From Eledone cirrhosa (Eukaryota), in the NCBI GenBank assembly GCA_964016885.1, contig OZ024740.1:127968001-128032000 (forward strand): 64,000 bases of DNA. Direction: 5' to 3'. Made by a program: the position numbers and the translations under genes. Below are positions 25,892 through 37,323 of the stretch, piece after piece (position 1 is the stretch's first letter; each line of letters begins with the position of its first letter). Under the pieces are notes generated by a model, which did not search any database, had not been told where the DNA came from, and saw only the letters and a list, made by a program, of their open reading frames with translations.

Positions 25892-26840
25892 GTAACTGCA
25901 AAGAAAGAACTGCTACAGAAACTGGCTAAGAAATGGCAAGAAAAGCCTCTGTATGGAAAATACCCAGAGCGAGCTAACAATCCTGATGTTGACAAAACTT
26001 TAACCCATCAGTGGTTGGCATCCTCTGGACTGAAATCGGAGACTGAAGGACTGATTATATCGGCACAAGATCAGTGTCTGCCAACAAAAAATTACCAAGC
26101 CAACATAATAAAAAATGGGTGCAGCCCACTATGCCGTGTATGCAAAAAACAACCAGAGACCATTGACCATATAATTTCAATGTGCAGTCCTATAGCTCCA
26201 ACCGAATACCTAAACAGGCATGACAGAGCTGCACAATACATACATTGGATAATGTGTAAGCATTTTGACCTGCCCCATCAAAAGAATTGGTGGGAGCATC
26301 AACCACCTCCCATACTTGAAAAAGATCACATCTCAATCTTGTGGAACTTTAGCATCCAAACAGACCGAAAAATAGATGCAAATAGACCTGATATAATATT
26401 GAAGGACTTTCAAAGGAGGGTATGCCTGCTAATTGATATGTCTGTTCCAATAGACAAGAATGTATCTATAAAAACATTTGAAAAATTGAGCAAGTATAAG
26501 GACCTGGAGATAGAAATTGGAAAAATGTGGAAATTGAGAACTAAAACAATACCAGTGGTTGTAGGCGCTCTGGGAATGATACCTAAGGGGTCTAACGACT
26601 ACTTATCGCAAATCCCAGGAAACCCGCGTATAGGAGAAATACAAAAGATAGTACTAATGGGAACTGCCCATATACTAAGGAAGATCCTGTCAATATAAGT
26701 ACATCACAAGTCTAAACACTAAGGATGCATGTGTGAATATGTGTGTTCTTTCTTGAACATGGCGGACCTTGTTGTCTCTTGAGGTCACTGGTTGTGACTT
26801 GGTGATAACTCGTATAAACATAAAGCAAGATAAATGCAAA
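25888..26840 (+). mobile_element. 5'-truncated RLE LINE of a second R4/Dong-like family (E1)
   Basis: CRVCKKQPETIDHIISMC, RHD, RPDIILKD..IDMSVP..KLSKYKDL. Its 3' UTR differs from the D copies, and (AAT)n lies on both sides. Confidence 0.88.
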
Positions 26841-26856
26841 TAATAATAATAATAAT

Positions 26857-29727
26857 GATAGTGGGAGACCTATGAACCTAAGATTTGTAGACAGGAAAAA
26901 GTTAAAAGAAACAACAGCTAAGGTAAACAAAGTCATCCCATACCTTGAGGCGAGGAGCCTTCACCAGTGCAACAATATCCTCAGAGCAACAGCAAATACG
27001 GTGAGGAAACTACTTGGCATGAAAGCGAGAGGAAACAACAGACAAGAAAGAGCAGAGCCGTGGTGGAAGAAGCGACTGAGTGGGCAAATCGGGGAAATGA
27101 GAAATGACATAGGAAAGCTTGAGTCACTACTGAATGGGACACTAAAAAACATAGGCACTAAAAATAGACTGGAAATAAAATACAAAACTAGGAGTAAAAA
27201 GCTAAATATTATCATAGAGGAATTGAAGCAACGCATTGTAGCAAAGAGTGCAAAAATCAGGCGATACGAGAACAGAGTCAGTCAGTATAAACAGAACCGC
27301 ATGTTCGACAACAACCAGAAGATGCTGTTTGGACAGCTTGAGGGCAAAGAAAGAGGCAACGACTTGATCCCTGGGGCGGAGCAAACTAAAACATTCTGGA
27401 GAGGAATATGGGAGCAGGATGTTAGACACAATGCCCAGGCAGGGTGGATTGAGACAGTACAGAGGGAGATCGGTGAGCAGGCACAGCAACAGACTGATTT
27501 GAGTATCACAGTTGAAACTCTTAAGGGGCAAGCCAAAAAACTAACCAACTGGAAATCACCAGGCCCAGATGGTGTGCAGGGGTATTGGATTAAACATCTA
27601 ACATCCCTCCACCCGAAGCTGACGGCCATGTTCAATGACTGCTTGGTATCGGGTGAGGTGCCAGAGTGGTTGACAAGGGTAATGATGCTACCAACTATAG
27701 ACCTATCACATGTCTGCCCGTAATGTGGAAACTGTTGACGAGCATTGTGTCTGAGGAAATCTACCATCACCTCCACACAAACAACTTGTTACCGGACGAA
27801 CAGAAAGGATGCCGAAAGAAGTCACGTGGTACAAAGGACCAGTTGCTTATTGATAAGATGGTAATGGGGAATTGCAGGAGGAGACACACTGATCTTGCCA
27901 TGGGATGGATAGACTACAGAAAGGCATTTGACATGGTGCCTCATTCCTGGATCACCAAAAGCCTGGAGATCTTCAGGGTGGCAGATAACATCAGACAGTT
28001 GCTAGGCAGGAGTATGGGGTCCTGGGAGACAGAGTTGACATCAACTGGAGTATCCTTGGGAAGCGTGAAGATCAAGAGAGGTATCTTCCAGGGAGATAGC
28101 CTGTCCCCTCTGTTGTTTGTCCTTGCCCTGATGCCCTTGACCATTATGCTGCGAAAAGTGAGAGCAGGATACAAGTTGGGAAGGGGAGAGCTTACCATCA
28201 ATCACCTCCTCTTCATGGACGATCTTAAGCTCTTCGGGAAAAGTGAGAAGGAGTTGGATGTGCTTGTTGACACTGTCCGTATTTTCAGCAGTGATATATG
28301 TATGCAGTTTGGTATTGGTAAATGTGGAGTCATTGTGATGAAGAGGGGTAGGTTGAGCAGAAGTAACGGGATCCAGATACCAACAGGTGAGATGATAAAG
28401 GAAATTGACTCTGAGGAAGGATACAAGTATTTGGGCGTTCTGGAGGCTGATGGCATAAAGAACAAAAAAATGAAGGAATTGTTAAGAACTGAATACATTC
28501 GGAGAGTAAGGAGCGTATTGAAGTCACATCTGAACAGCAGAAATGCCATAAGCGCAGTAAATTCCCGAGCTGTGTCTATTATTAGGTACAGTGCGGGAAT
28601 TCTGAGATGGAATGTTGCTGAACAGAAAGAAATGGATAGGAAGACTAGGAAGCTATTGACTATCTACAACATGTTCCACAAGAAGAGTGATCTCGATAGA
28701 CTCTACATAAGGAGATCTGAGGGTGGAAGAGTTCTTATCAGCATAGAGGACTGTGTTCAGATGGAGAAAAACAACCTATACAAATACGTGACCTATAGTA
28801 AGGAGCCAATGCTCAGAACTGTACTGAAGGAGGGGACAGTAGGCCAGGGGATGTCCAAGGAGGAAATAACATCAAGGAGGAAGAGCAGCCTTAAGGGAAA
28901 ACCCCTTCATAGTACCTTCTTTGAGAAAACTGAATTTAGAGATCCACAGACATGGAACTGATTGAGAAGAGGAGACCTCAAAAAGGCTACAGAAGGAATG
29001 CTAATGGCTGCGCAGGAGCAGGCCCTCAAAACAAAGTGGTTGAAGCACCATATCTACAAGGAGGAGGCTAGCCCACTGTGCAGGATCTGTGGAGAGAGAG
29101 AGAGGAGACTGTGGCTCACATTGTGTCCGAGTGTAAACACCTAGCCCAGACCCACTATAAGGGCTGGAGACACGATGTGATGGGCAGGGTGATCCACTGG
29201 CACCTGTGCAAAGTAAACAATCTACCACATTCTGAGAAATGGTATGAGCATAGGCCAGAGGCGCTGATGGAGAACAATCAGGTGAAGGTGCTGTGGGATT
29301 TTAGGATACAGACGGACAAAAAACTGGAACACAATAGACCTGACCTGGTGGTTGTGGACAAAGAAAAAAGATCGTGCCTGATTGTGGATGTGGCCTGCCC
29401 GTTCGACACGAGAGTGCAAGAGAAGGAGAGGGAGAAAATTAACCGATACCAGGACCTAAAGTGGGAGGTGAAAAGGATTTGGAACTGCCATGAAGTCAAA
29501 GTGATCCCGATTGTCATAGGCGCACTGGGGACTAACTCCAAAAGTTTCCAGGGATGGTTAAAGAAAATCGGCCCCTTCACGCTTTTTGGAACGCTTCAAA
29601 AGGCATGCTTGCTTGGAACAGCAAGAACCCTCCGATACGTCCTGAATATCTGAGGCTGCAGGTAGTGGCTTGATATTCAATCCAACGGACTTTCCAGTTA
29701 ACCAACATCAATGACTGAGATTCAAGG
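26857..29727 (+). mobile_element. 5'-truncated Dong-type copy D2 (pseudogenised)
   Basis: Matches D1 from ~22943. 37-bp deletion near 27674, TGG->TGA at 28959-28961, GA slippage near 29100. (AAT)n on both sides. Confidence 0.9.
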
Positions 29728-29739
29728 AATAACAATAAC

Positions 29740-29769
<30 letters not shown>

Positions 29770-29771
<2 letters not shown>

Positions 29772-30814
29772 GAGGAGTGATGTCGATAGACTCTACCTAA
29801 GGAGATCTGAGGGTGGAAGAGGTCTATCAGCATAGAGGACTGTGTTCAGATGGAGAAAAACAACCTATACAAATACGTCACCTATAGTAAGGAGCCAATG
29901 CTCAAAACTGTACTGAAGGAGGGGGCAGTAGGCCAGGGGATGTCCAAGGAGGAAATAACATCAAGGAGGAAGAGCAGCCTTAAGGGAAAATCCCTTCATA
30001 GTACCTTCTTTGAGAAAACTGAATTTAGAGATCCACAGACATGGAACTGGTTGAGAAGAGGAGACCTCAAAAAGGCTACAGAAGGAATGATAATGGCTGC
30101 GCAGGAGCAGGCCCTCAAAACGAAGTGGTTGAAGCACAATATTTACAAGGAGGAGGCTAGCCCACTGTGCATGATCTGTGGAGAGAGAGAGGAGACTGTG
30201 GCTCTCATTGTGTCCGAGTGTAAACACCTAGCCCAGACCCACTATAAGGGCTGGAGACACGATGTGATGGGCAGGGTGATCCACTGGCACCTGTGCAAAG
30301 TAAACAATTTACCACATTCTGAGAAATGGTATGAGCATAGGCCGGAGGCGGTGATGGAGAACAATCAGGTGAAGGTGCTGTGGGATTTTAGGATACAGAC
30401 GGACAAAAAACTGGAACACAATAGACCTGACCTGGTGGTTGTGGACAAAGAAAAAAGATCGTGTCTGATTGTGGATGTGGCCTGCCCGTTCGACACGAGA
30501 GTGCAAGAGAAGGAGAGGGAGAAAATTAACCGATACCAGGACCTAAAGTGGGAGGTGAAAAGGATTTGGAACTGCCATGAAGTCAAAGTGATCCCGATTG
30601 TCATAGGCGCACTGGGGACTAACTCCAAAAGTTTCCAGGGATGGTTAAAGAAAATCGGCCCCTTCACGCTTTTTGGAACGCTTCAAAAGGCATGCTTGCT
30701 TGGAACAGCAAGAACCCTCCGATACGTCCTGAATATCTGAGGCTGCAGGTAGTGGCTTGATATTCATTCCAACGGACTTTCCAGTTAACCAACATCAATG
30801 ACTGAGATTCAAGG
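29770..30814 (+). mobile_element. 5'-truncated Dong-type copy D3
   Basis: Matches D1 from ~24803; (AAT)n on both sides. Confidence 0.9.
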
Positions 30815-30823
30815 AATAACAGC

Positions 30824-30880
<57 letters not shown>

Positions 30881-30883
<3 letters not shown>

Positions 30884-31110
30884 GTGATCCCGATTGTCAT
30901 AGGCGCACTGGGGACTATCTCCAAAGGTTTCCAGGGATGGTTAAAGAAAATCGGCCCCTTCACGCTTTTTGGAACGCTTCAAAAGGCATGCTTGCTTGGA
31001 ACGGCAAGAACCCTCCGATACGTCCTGAATATCTGAGGCTGCAGGTAGTGGCTTGATATTCAATCCAACGGACTTTCCAGTTAACCAACATCAATGACTG
31101 AGATTCAAGG
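30881..31110 (+). mobile_element. 5'-truncated Dong-type copy D4 (230 bp)
   Basis: Matches D1 from ~25619; (AAT)n on both sides. Confidence 0.9.
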
Positions 31111-31122
31111 AATAACAATAAC

Positions 31123-31203
<81 letters not shown>
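31111..31203. repeat. (AAT)n tract shared as 3' tail by Dong D4 (+) and Tx1 copy B (-)
   Basis: Trinucleotide run between two converging LINE 3' ends. Confidence 0.9.
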
Positions 31204-31205
<2 letters not shown>

Positions 31206-31465
31206 TTTCTTTATTAACCACAAGGGTTTACATAAAGTAGACATTAAGGACAGTGCAGGACAATGCAGGACGGTACAAATGGGCATTTCTGCGTGTAAAA
31301 AAACAAAAAAAGAGGATGTAACAAAAATAACAATGAAAATAACAATGAAAAATTCCCCAATAGGGGGGAGACTTCGGAGGGACATTTGTGGAGAAAGCCC
31401 AGTAAAAAGCCACAATGACCCTGACCACCAAGGCAAGTGCCCTCTCCCAGTTTTCCACCTTTAGT

Positions 31466-34400
31466 TTACAGATATATACTCAGAGTCGGCCCATTCACTC
31501 GGGCCATTCTTGCTTCTCTCACCCATCTTTCAACAAAATGCTGGGAAGAGAGCACTTCCCTCTCTACTCTGATTTTCCTTTTCAAATGAAATTTGAAAAA
31601 GTCAATCAGAGCATCACCGAAGAGGTAAGTGCTCGTCTTCAGCCCTTTCAAACGTGTCCACCATACTATCTCTTTCGCCATGGCCACCAGACAGATAAAA
31701 ACTGCCTGCCCTTCCCGGCTAAAGGAGGAGGGCGGGGCAATCCTCACGATGGACTCAGATGATAGCTGGATCCGTCCTAAACGCGACAGCAGGTGTTCGA
31801 CATAAACCCACAAGTCAGCAATTTTCGGACACTGGACGAGTGCGTGCAGGACGGTTTCGTCGCCCTGCGCGCATCTCGGACATGCCCGGCTGACGGCACC
31901 TCCATGCCTGTAGAGTTTATCCCGAACTGGCAAGGCTCCTCGGTAGCACTGCCAGGCCAGAGATTTCTGGAAGTTGTCCATAGGCCCTGGCCCGAAAGTT
32001 CTTCCGAAGAGATTGGCTAGTTGATTTTCGTCGACGCCTAGAGTTTCCCCAAGTACGTCGTCGCTCTTCCCCTCCACTAATCCTCTATAGAACGCCGAGG
32101 TGGAGTTTCCACCGATCACATTGCCCGATTGGTCGAGGGCTGTGAGCGCCTGAAGACATTCCAGTCTCCAGGCGCTCCCTCTCGGTCTTCGCTTGACCCA
32201 GGACTGCAGCTCCGTCAAGGAAACGAGCTGGGGAAAAACGCGTCTAGCAAACGGCGACCACACCTGATCACCGTCGAGGAAGAGGTGGAGATGTCGTAGC
32301 CTGAGCGCGTGCCTGCGCATCATCAGCCACGGCATGCCCAGCCCTCCACGTAGCGGGTGTTGACAACAGATGGACCGCCTGACCATCGGAGCACGTCCCT
32401 TCCACAAAAAGCGAAAGAGCAAACGCTCCAGCGCAGTCAGGCGAGGCTTAGGACAAGGTACGACGGTTAGGCGGTAGCAGATGACAGACGCGATGTACGC
32501 GTTAGCCACCTCCGCTCGACCTTTCAGGGATAGCTTCCTCTCCGCCCATTTCTGGGTGAGAGAAGCCACCCTGCTCGTCACCTCGTCCCAGTTTTTGTCC
32601 GTCTGGAGGTCCGGACCGAACCAGACCCCTAGCAATTTAACCGGTCCGTCCGTCCAGCGCCCGACGACGCTGTTGGACGGCATGGACCTGCCTCTCCAGG
32701 TGCCGAGCTGCAGGCCCACTGACTTTTCCTGGTTGATCATTGCTCCTGTCACCGCTTCGTATTCTCTTAGTGTAGTGCCGATCGCCTCGATGTGTTTGGC
32801 GTTCGACACCACTACGGTGACATCGTCCGCATATGCTGACACGGATCTTCCGCATCCTAGTTCGCGCGGGACTCCCCTCAACGTCTCCAGTTTGTGCAGT
32901 AATGGCTCGAGAGTCAATACGTACAAGAGGGACGAGAGGGGACATCCTTGGCGGACCGAGCGCATGATGTTGAACGGTTCCGACAGGTGACCGTTCACTC
33001 TCACCACAGAGCAGATGTCGCTGTGCATGGCAGCGATCCAGCCTCTGAAGACGGGCCCAAAGCCAGCCGCCCTCAGGACTGCCGCTAGGTAACGATGGTC
33101 GACCCTATCGAAAGCTTTCGACTGATCTAAATTGATCAAGGACCCACCCGTGCCAGGTTCCCTAGCTACCCTCTCTACGATGTATCGCATGAGGTGGAGG
33201 TTGTCGTGGATGGATCTGTCGGGAATGGCGCATGTCTGCGCCTCTCCCACCAGACCACCAACGACAAGCGCCAACCTCTTTGCTAGCACCTTGGCCAAAA
33301 TCTTAAACTCTGTGTTTAGCAGAGTTATGGGCCGGAAATTGTCTATGTTATCCCCCTTGTTCGGATCCTTTCTCAGCAGTGCCACCGCTCCTCGGCTCAC
33401 AGAACTGGGAATTCTCCCGTTCTGTTGCCAGTTGCAGTAGACGTCCGCCAAGAGGCCTCCGAACAAGTCTGGCATCTGTACGTAAAGTTCATAGGGCAGA
33501 CCATCCAAACCAGGCGATTTACCCCTTGTGCAGCCAGTCATTGCCTCCCTTACTTCAGCGGCTGTTATCGGCTTTTCGCAACACTTCGCCTCAGTGGCCG
33601 AGAGCCGCGGCAGTCCGTCGAGGTAGACACTAAAGTCCATCCCTCTACCCGGCCCCCCGCTGCCCCCGAACAGCTGAGCGAAGTGTCGCTGAAAAGCTTC
33701 ACACATTTGCCCGGGATCGAGTAGCATGCGCCCGTCGTGGTCCACCAAAGACCGGATCGTGGCTTTGTTGCCACGACGCGCCTCCGCCACTCGGGCCCAT
33801 TGAACGGCTTTCGTCCCCTCGTGTCTGAGAGCACGCACCCTAGCTCTGACAACGCAGCCTTCGTGCTTTGCATTGAAGAATTGGTCAAGGGCCAATTTCG
33901 CCGCAAGCACGTCGGTCGCAATGCCTTTGCTAAGCGCCTCGTCTAATTTTCTAACTAGTTCTCCCTCTGCTCTATTTTTCTCTATTGCTAAAGCCTTACT
34001 AAACCTAATCGATTCTATTCTAATCGCTCTTTTCAGAGCAAACCACCACTTGTTGTTGACGATGGCCCCCGTCAACGCCCGCTTAACTAGTTCGCTAATC
34101 CGGTCTCTGTAGGCCTTGCGCGCTGGTAAGGACGCGTTTAGCTTCCAGTAGCCGGGTCCTCGTCTATGAAGCCTATCTAAGTCAAGCACACAGATCACGA
34201 ATTTGTGGTCCGTGTAGCTGACTATCTTGAATTGTGGACAGCCTATGCTAGACCTATCTATTTCCCTACAAAATACTCTATCTAGATATGATCTGGATGA
34301 CCCTATGCGGTTTGTCCAAGTCCACATTGGCACATTCGGGAAATCCAATCGGTACCTGTCAGACAGTTCAAAACGCCTGAGCAGGTTGGTGAGGCTCTTG

Positions 34401-34885
34401 CACCCTCCACCCCTATCCGCTAATCCCACACAGTCCCAGCGTGCATCTAAGATCCCGTTCCAGTCGCCCACTAACACTAAAGAGCGCGACGTTCCAAGAA
34501 AGGTCTCCAGACGCCGGAAGAAATCAGGCCGCCCTGCTCCTGTCGGGGCATAGACGGCCACTAGCCTGAAAGCTTGCCCGTCTCCGCTGGTCACGTCCAG
34601 CACCACCAGCTTACCCTCTGGGTCCAGGAAGATGGCCCGTATGGCGAGATCCAAACCTCTCCGAAAAAGCACAGCAACTCCTCCACCGGATCCAGGACGG
34701 CTGGGAGATGCGTACACATCGTAGCCGCCGAAGATCGGTGCGAAGGCCCGTGCTTCGGAGATTCTGGTCTCGCTGATGGCCACTACATCTATGTTTAGTG
34801 ACCTGAGGTCGTTGAGCAGGTGACCCTGCTTCCATGACGACCCCAAGCCACGCGCATTTATGCTGCCTATTCTGAGTGAGGTCAT
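31466..34885 (-). CDS. Tx1 ORF2p: APE endonuclease, reverse transcriptase, CCHC knuckle (1139 aa, intact)
   Basis: SINARGL, ISET, VYAP, GDWN, TDH; KSPGLDG, RPITLLN, QGCPLS, YADD; CPRC..ETVLHALVQC. Confidence 0.94.
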   Translation of the reverse strand: MTSLRIGSINARGLGSSWKQGHLLNDLRSLNIDVVAISETRISEARAFAPIFGGYDVYASPSRPGSGGGVAVLFRRGLDLAIRAIFLDPEGKLVVLDVTSGDGQAFRLVAVYAPTGAGRPDFFRRLETFLGTSRSLVLVGDWNGILDARWDCVGLADRGGGCKSLTNLLRRFELSDRYRLDFPNVPMWTWTNRIGSSRSYLDRVFCREIDRSSIGCPQFKIVSYTDHKFVICVLDLDRLHRRGPGYWKLNASLPARKAYRDRISELVKRALTGAIVNNKWWFALKRAIRIESIRFSKALAIEKNRAEGELVRKLDEALSKGIATDVLAAKLALDQFFNAKHEGCVVRARVRALRHEGTKAVQWARVAEARRGNKATIRSLVDHDGRMLLDPGQMCEAFQRHFAQLFGGSGGPGRGMDFSVYLDGLPRLSATEAKCCEKPITAAEVREAMTGCTRGKSPGLDGLPYELYVQMPDLFGGLLADVYCNWQQNGRIPSSVSRGAVALLRKDPNKGDNIDNFRPITLLNTEFKILAKVLAKRLALVVGGLVGEAQTCAIPDRSIHDNLHLMRYIVERVAREPGTGGSLINLDQSKAFDRVDHRYLAAVLRAAGFGPVFRGWIAAMHSDICSVVRVNGHLSEPFNIMRSVRQGCPLSSLLYVLTLEPLLHKLETLRGVPRELGCGRSVSAYADDVTVVVSNAKHIEAIGTTLREYEAVTGAMINQEKSVGLQLGTWRGRSMPSNSVVGRWTDGPVKLLGVWFGPDLQTDKNWDEVTSRVASLTQKWAERKLSLKGRAEVANAYIASVICYRLTVVPCPKPRLTALERLLFRFLWKGRAPMVRRSICCQHPLRGGLGMPWLMMRRHALRLRHLHLFLDGDQVWSPFARRVFPQLVSLTELQSWVKRRPRGSAWRLECLQALTALDQSGNVIGGNSTSAFYRGLVEGKSDDVLGETLGVDENQLANLFGRTFGPGPMDNFQKSLAWQCYRGALPVRDKLYRHGGAVSRACPRCAQGDETVLHALVQCPKIADLWVYVEHLLSRLGRIQLSSESIVRIAPPSSFSREGQAVFICLVAMAKEIVWWTRLKGLKTSTYLFGDALIDFFKFHLKRKIRVEREVLSSQHFVERWVREARMARVNGPTLSIYL

Positions 34886-34920
34886 GTTTAAAATAGAGTG
34901 GAAAAGATGGGAAAGACCAC

Positions 34921-37020
34921 TTACCGTATTTTTGGTAGAGGAGGGATGGTTTTTACATCCCTTTTCACTTGATCGTCTGGTGAAGGGACCGTTGAATCGT
35001 CCCTTCGGCTGGTCGTCGGCTCTTCTAAGAGAATGTCTGAATATACTCTTCGATTAATGGTTCCTCCTAGGTCCCTGAAATCACCAACTGCGTTGGGGAA
35101 TTTCGTTTTAATGTTTGTGTATTGTTTCTGTGCTATTTTTAGCAGTCTTATGTTAGTTGGCGTTTTGATTGGTGCTGGTATTATGTAGTCCTGTTGTGAA
35201 ATGTCTGTGTGTTCAATTATGTAAGTCATTAGTTTCTTGTTGTGTGTGTTTATTGCCGTGCATTTGTTTTTCTGGGGGTGGGGTGTGGTTCTGCTATTTT
35301 CTTGTCGTTGTTGCTGGGTGTGTGTGTTTTGTTGTTGTGTTTGCGATGTTGGTGCTTGTGGTGGTGGTGTTGAAGGTGTTGTTGGCGGTGGGGTTGTCGC
35401 CGGTGGTGATGGTGGTGCTGGTGTGGGTGGTGATGGTGTTGGTGGTGTTGCTGCTGTGGGTCTCTTTGCAGTAGACTTTACCCTTTTCTCATTTCTTTCC
35501 TCCCTTTTCAAAGGCGACGATGCGCTGCTTCTGCGTTTGTGCCTTCTTGAGACCTTTTGCCATCCCTCTCCCACCTCACACTCCATGTCTGATTCTGTAA
35601 GGTCGGGGAGGGGTACCAGCTCCACTCTTTCACTTGTTGTTGTTGGTGATGTTTGCACTGGAGTCTCTGTTGCAGCTGCATTTGGTATTGCTGTTGTTGT
35701 TGTTAATATTTCCACTGCTGCTGCTGTCTTTGATTTCCGTGGAGTGGGTATGGGTGCCACGGACCTATCGTTCCTGGTTGCCGCTTGTCCTGTTGCTGGT
35801 AGCCGTGGAACCGGATTCGGGAGGAGGGGGGTTTTCTCCTTTCTCAGGGTCTTCTCGTTGCAGAAGGCCCTGAGGTGAGTCTTCGATCCACAGCGAAAGC
35901 ATTTCGGGCGTTTGCCCTCAACACTTATGGGCAGTTGAGTGCCGTTATCGAAGTCTATCACATCCGGGATAGCTTCGATGCACTCCTGGTTGGTTTGGAT
36001 TAGCATCTCAATGGAGGAGCCGACCCAATCTTCTCTTACTTTTTTCTGTACTTGCAGTACAGTTGTTTTGTCCTCGATTCCGACGAGGACAGACGCGGCC
36101 AGCCAAGAAGGGGTCATTCCGGGGGGGACGTGGGTCAGTTTGACCCTCACAATTTTTTGCCCGCAGTAGGAGGGCACCAACACCATTTCCTCGCTCCTTA
36201 GGGTCACTACTGATTGGGCTTTTGCCTCCTGGGGTGTGGCAAAAAGTACGTCTACGGTGGCGTATTTTTTGCCTCGGGTGATGTGCGTTTTCCTCTGCCA
36301 CACAGACCCCAAGGCTTTTTGTATTTGGGCCTCTGTGGCTCTTTCCACCCTACGGGATTTTGTACTTACTGTACGGTACGTGACCGTACAGTGCTCTTGG
36401 GTTTCGAAAAAATTTTTCGCTGCCTTGCAGATTGCTCGGTGTCCGTTCTTTGTCACCATCTTCTTCGCTTCCTCTAATTCCTCATTTGTTATGAGGATTG
36501 TTTCCAGGTTTTTCGCAATACCTGCAAATGAGATTGGTTTTTCTCTGCTGTTGTTGTTGTCGTCAGAGCTGCTGGTACTTTTGTTGTTGCTGCAGGTACT
36601 ACGACTACTGCCTCCGCCGCTGTTGCTGTGGTTGTTGTTGGTGTTGCTGCTGCTAATGCTGTTGTTGTTTATGCTGCTGGTGATGCTGTTGCGGCTGCTA
36701 CTGTTGTTTTCATTGTCACTGTTGCTGTTGTTATTACGGCTGCTACTGCTGTTATTCCTGACGTCAGACGAATGAACTGGGTTTTCGTATTTCCCGCACA
36801 CCTGTTTCGTCGCTGTCGTCGTCGTCGTGGAGAAACCTTGCACGCTTTGCACGAGACTTTTCTTTTCTTTCGTCGCTTGCGAAAGAGAAGGTAGGGAGAG
36901 AGACACATTTAAAGAAGGGAGGGAGAGAGACAATCTTCTCTCTCCTGTAGTGATGATTGAGGAAGAAGAAGACGGAATGAGTGGGAGTGACGTATGAAAT
37001 TTTTTTTTTTTGGTAGCCAT
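34921..37020 (-). CDS. Tx1 ORF1p (gag-like nucleic-acid-binding protein with CCHC knuckle), intact
   Basis: Open frame from ATG 37020; CFRCGSKTHLRAFC; Ser/Asn- and Pro/Thr-rich low-complexity segments; lies upstream of ORF2. Confidence 0.85.
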   Translation of the reverse strand: MATKKKKFHTSLPLIPSSSSSIITTGERRLSLSLPSLNVSLSLPSLSQATKEKKSLVQSVQGFSTTTTTATKQVCGKYENPVHSSDVRNNSSSSRNNNSNSDNENNSSSRNSITSSINNNSISSSNTNNNHSNSGGGSSRSTCSNNKSTSSSDDNNNSREKPISFAGIAKNLETILITNEELEEAKKMVTKNGHRAICKAAKNFFETQEHCTVTYRTVSTKSRRVERATEAQIQKALGSVWQRKTHITRGKKYATVDVLFATPQEAKAQSVVTLRSEEMVLVPSYCGQKIVRVKLTHVPPGMTPSWLAASVLVGIEDKTTVLQVQKKVREDWVGSSIEMLIQTNQECIEAIPDVIDFDNGTQLPISVEGKRPKCFRCGSKTHLRAFCNEKTLRKEKTPLLPNPVPRLPATGQAATRNDRSVAPIPTPRKSKTAAAVEILTTTTAIPNAAATETPVQTSPTTTSERVELVPLPDLTESDMECEVGEGWQKVSRRHKRRSSASSPLKREERNEKRVKSTAKRPTAATPPTPSPPTPAPPSPPATTPPPTTPSTPPPQAPTSQTQQQNTHTQQQRQENSRTTPHPQKNKCTAINTHNKKLMTYIIEHTDISQQDYIIPAPIKTPTNIRLLKIAQKQYTNIKTKFPNAVGDFRDLGGTINRRVYSDILLEEPTTSRRDDSTVPSPDDQVKRDVKTIPPLPKIR

Positions 37021-37233
37021 GTTTTTTTGTTTAAAATGAAATTTTGGGTACAAAACCCCAATAACTGGCTATTTAACCCCGAAGGGCCAAATAACGGACA
37101 GAAAGACCCCTCTCACGAGGAGGAGGGTGTCTTTATCAACAATTTGGTTCAAGTTTTAAACAATTTACAATTGTTTTAACGGTTAAAAATTACTATACCT
37201 TACAGAGCCGAGCCTCCGTCAACCATGGCATTC

Positions 37234-37261
37234 AATAATAATAATAATAATAATAATAATG

Positions 37262-37323
<62 letters not shown>

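Larger units (their letters stand above)
31204..37233 (-). mobile_element. Tx1-clade (L1 group) LINE copy B, full length with two intact ORFs
   Basis: 5' UTR, ORF1, ORF2, and 3' UTR with AATAAA near the end; (AAT)n at both ends. Confidence 0.92.

Noticed and set aside
25849-31203. Repeat-spacer-like pattern reminiscent of a CRISPR array
   Set aside because: Repeats are simple (AAT)n and spacers are homologous LINE 3' ends; eukaryotic context, no cas genes.
15412-37179. Numerous antisense and alternative-frame ORFs overlapping the LINEs
   Set aside because: Shadow ORFs of RT coding sequence. They recur only because the elements are repeated.
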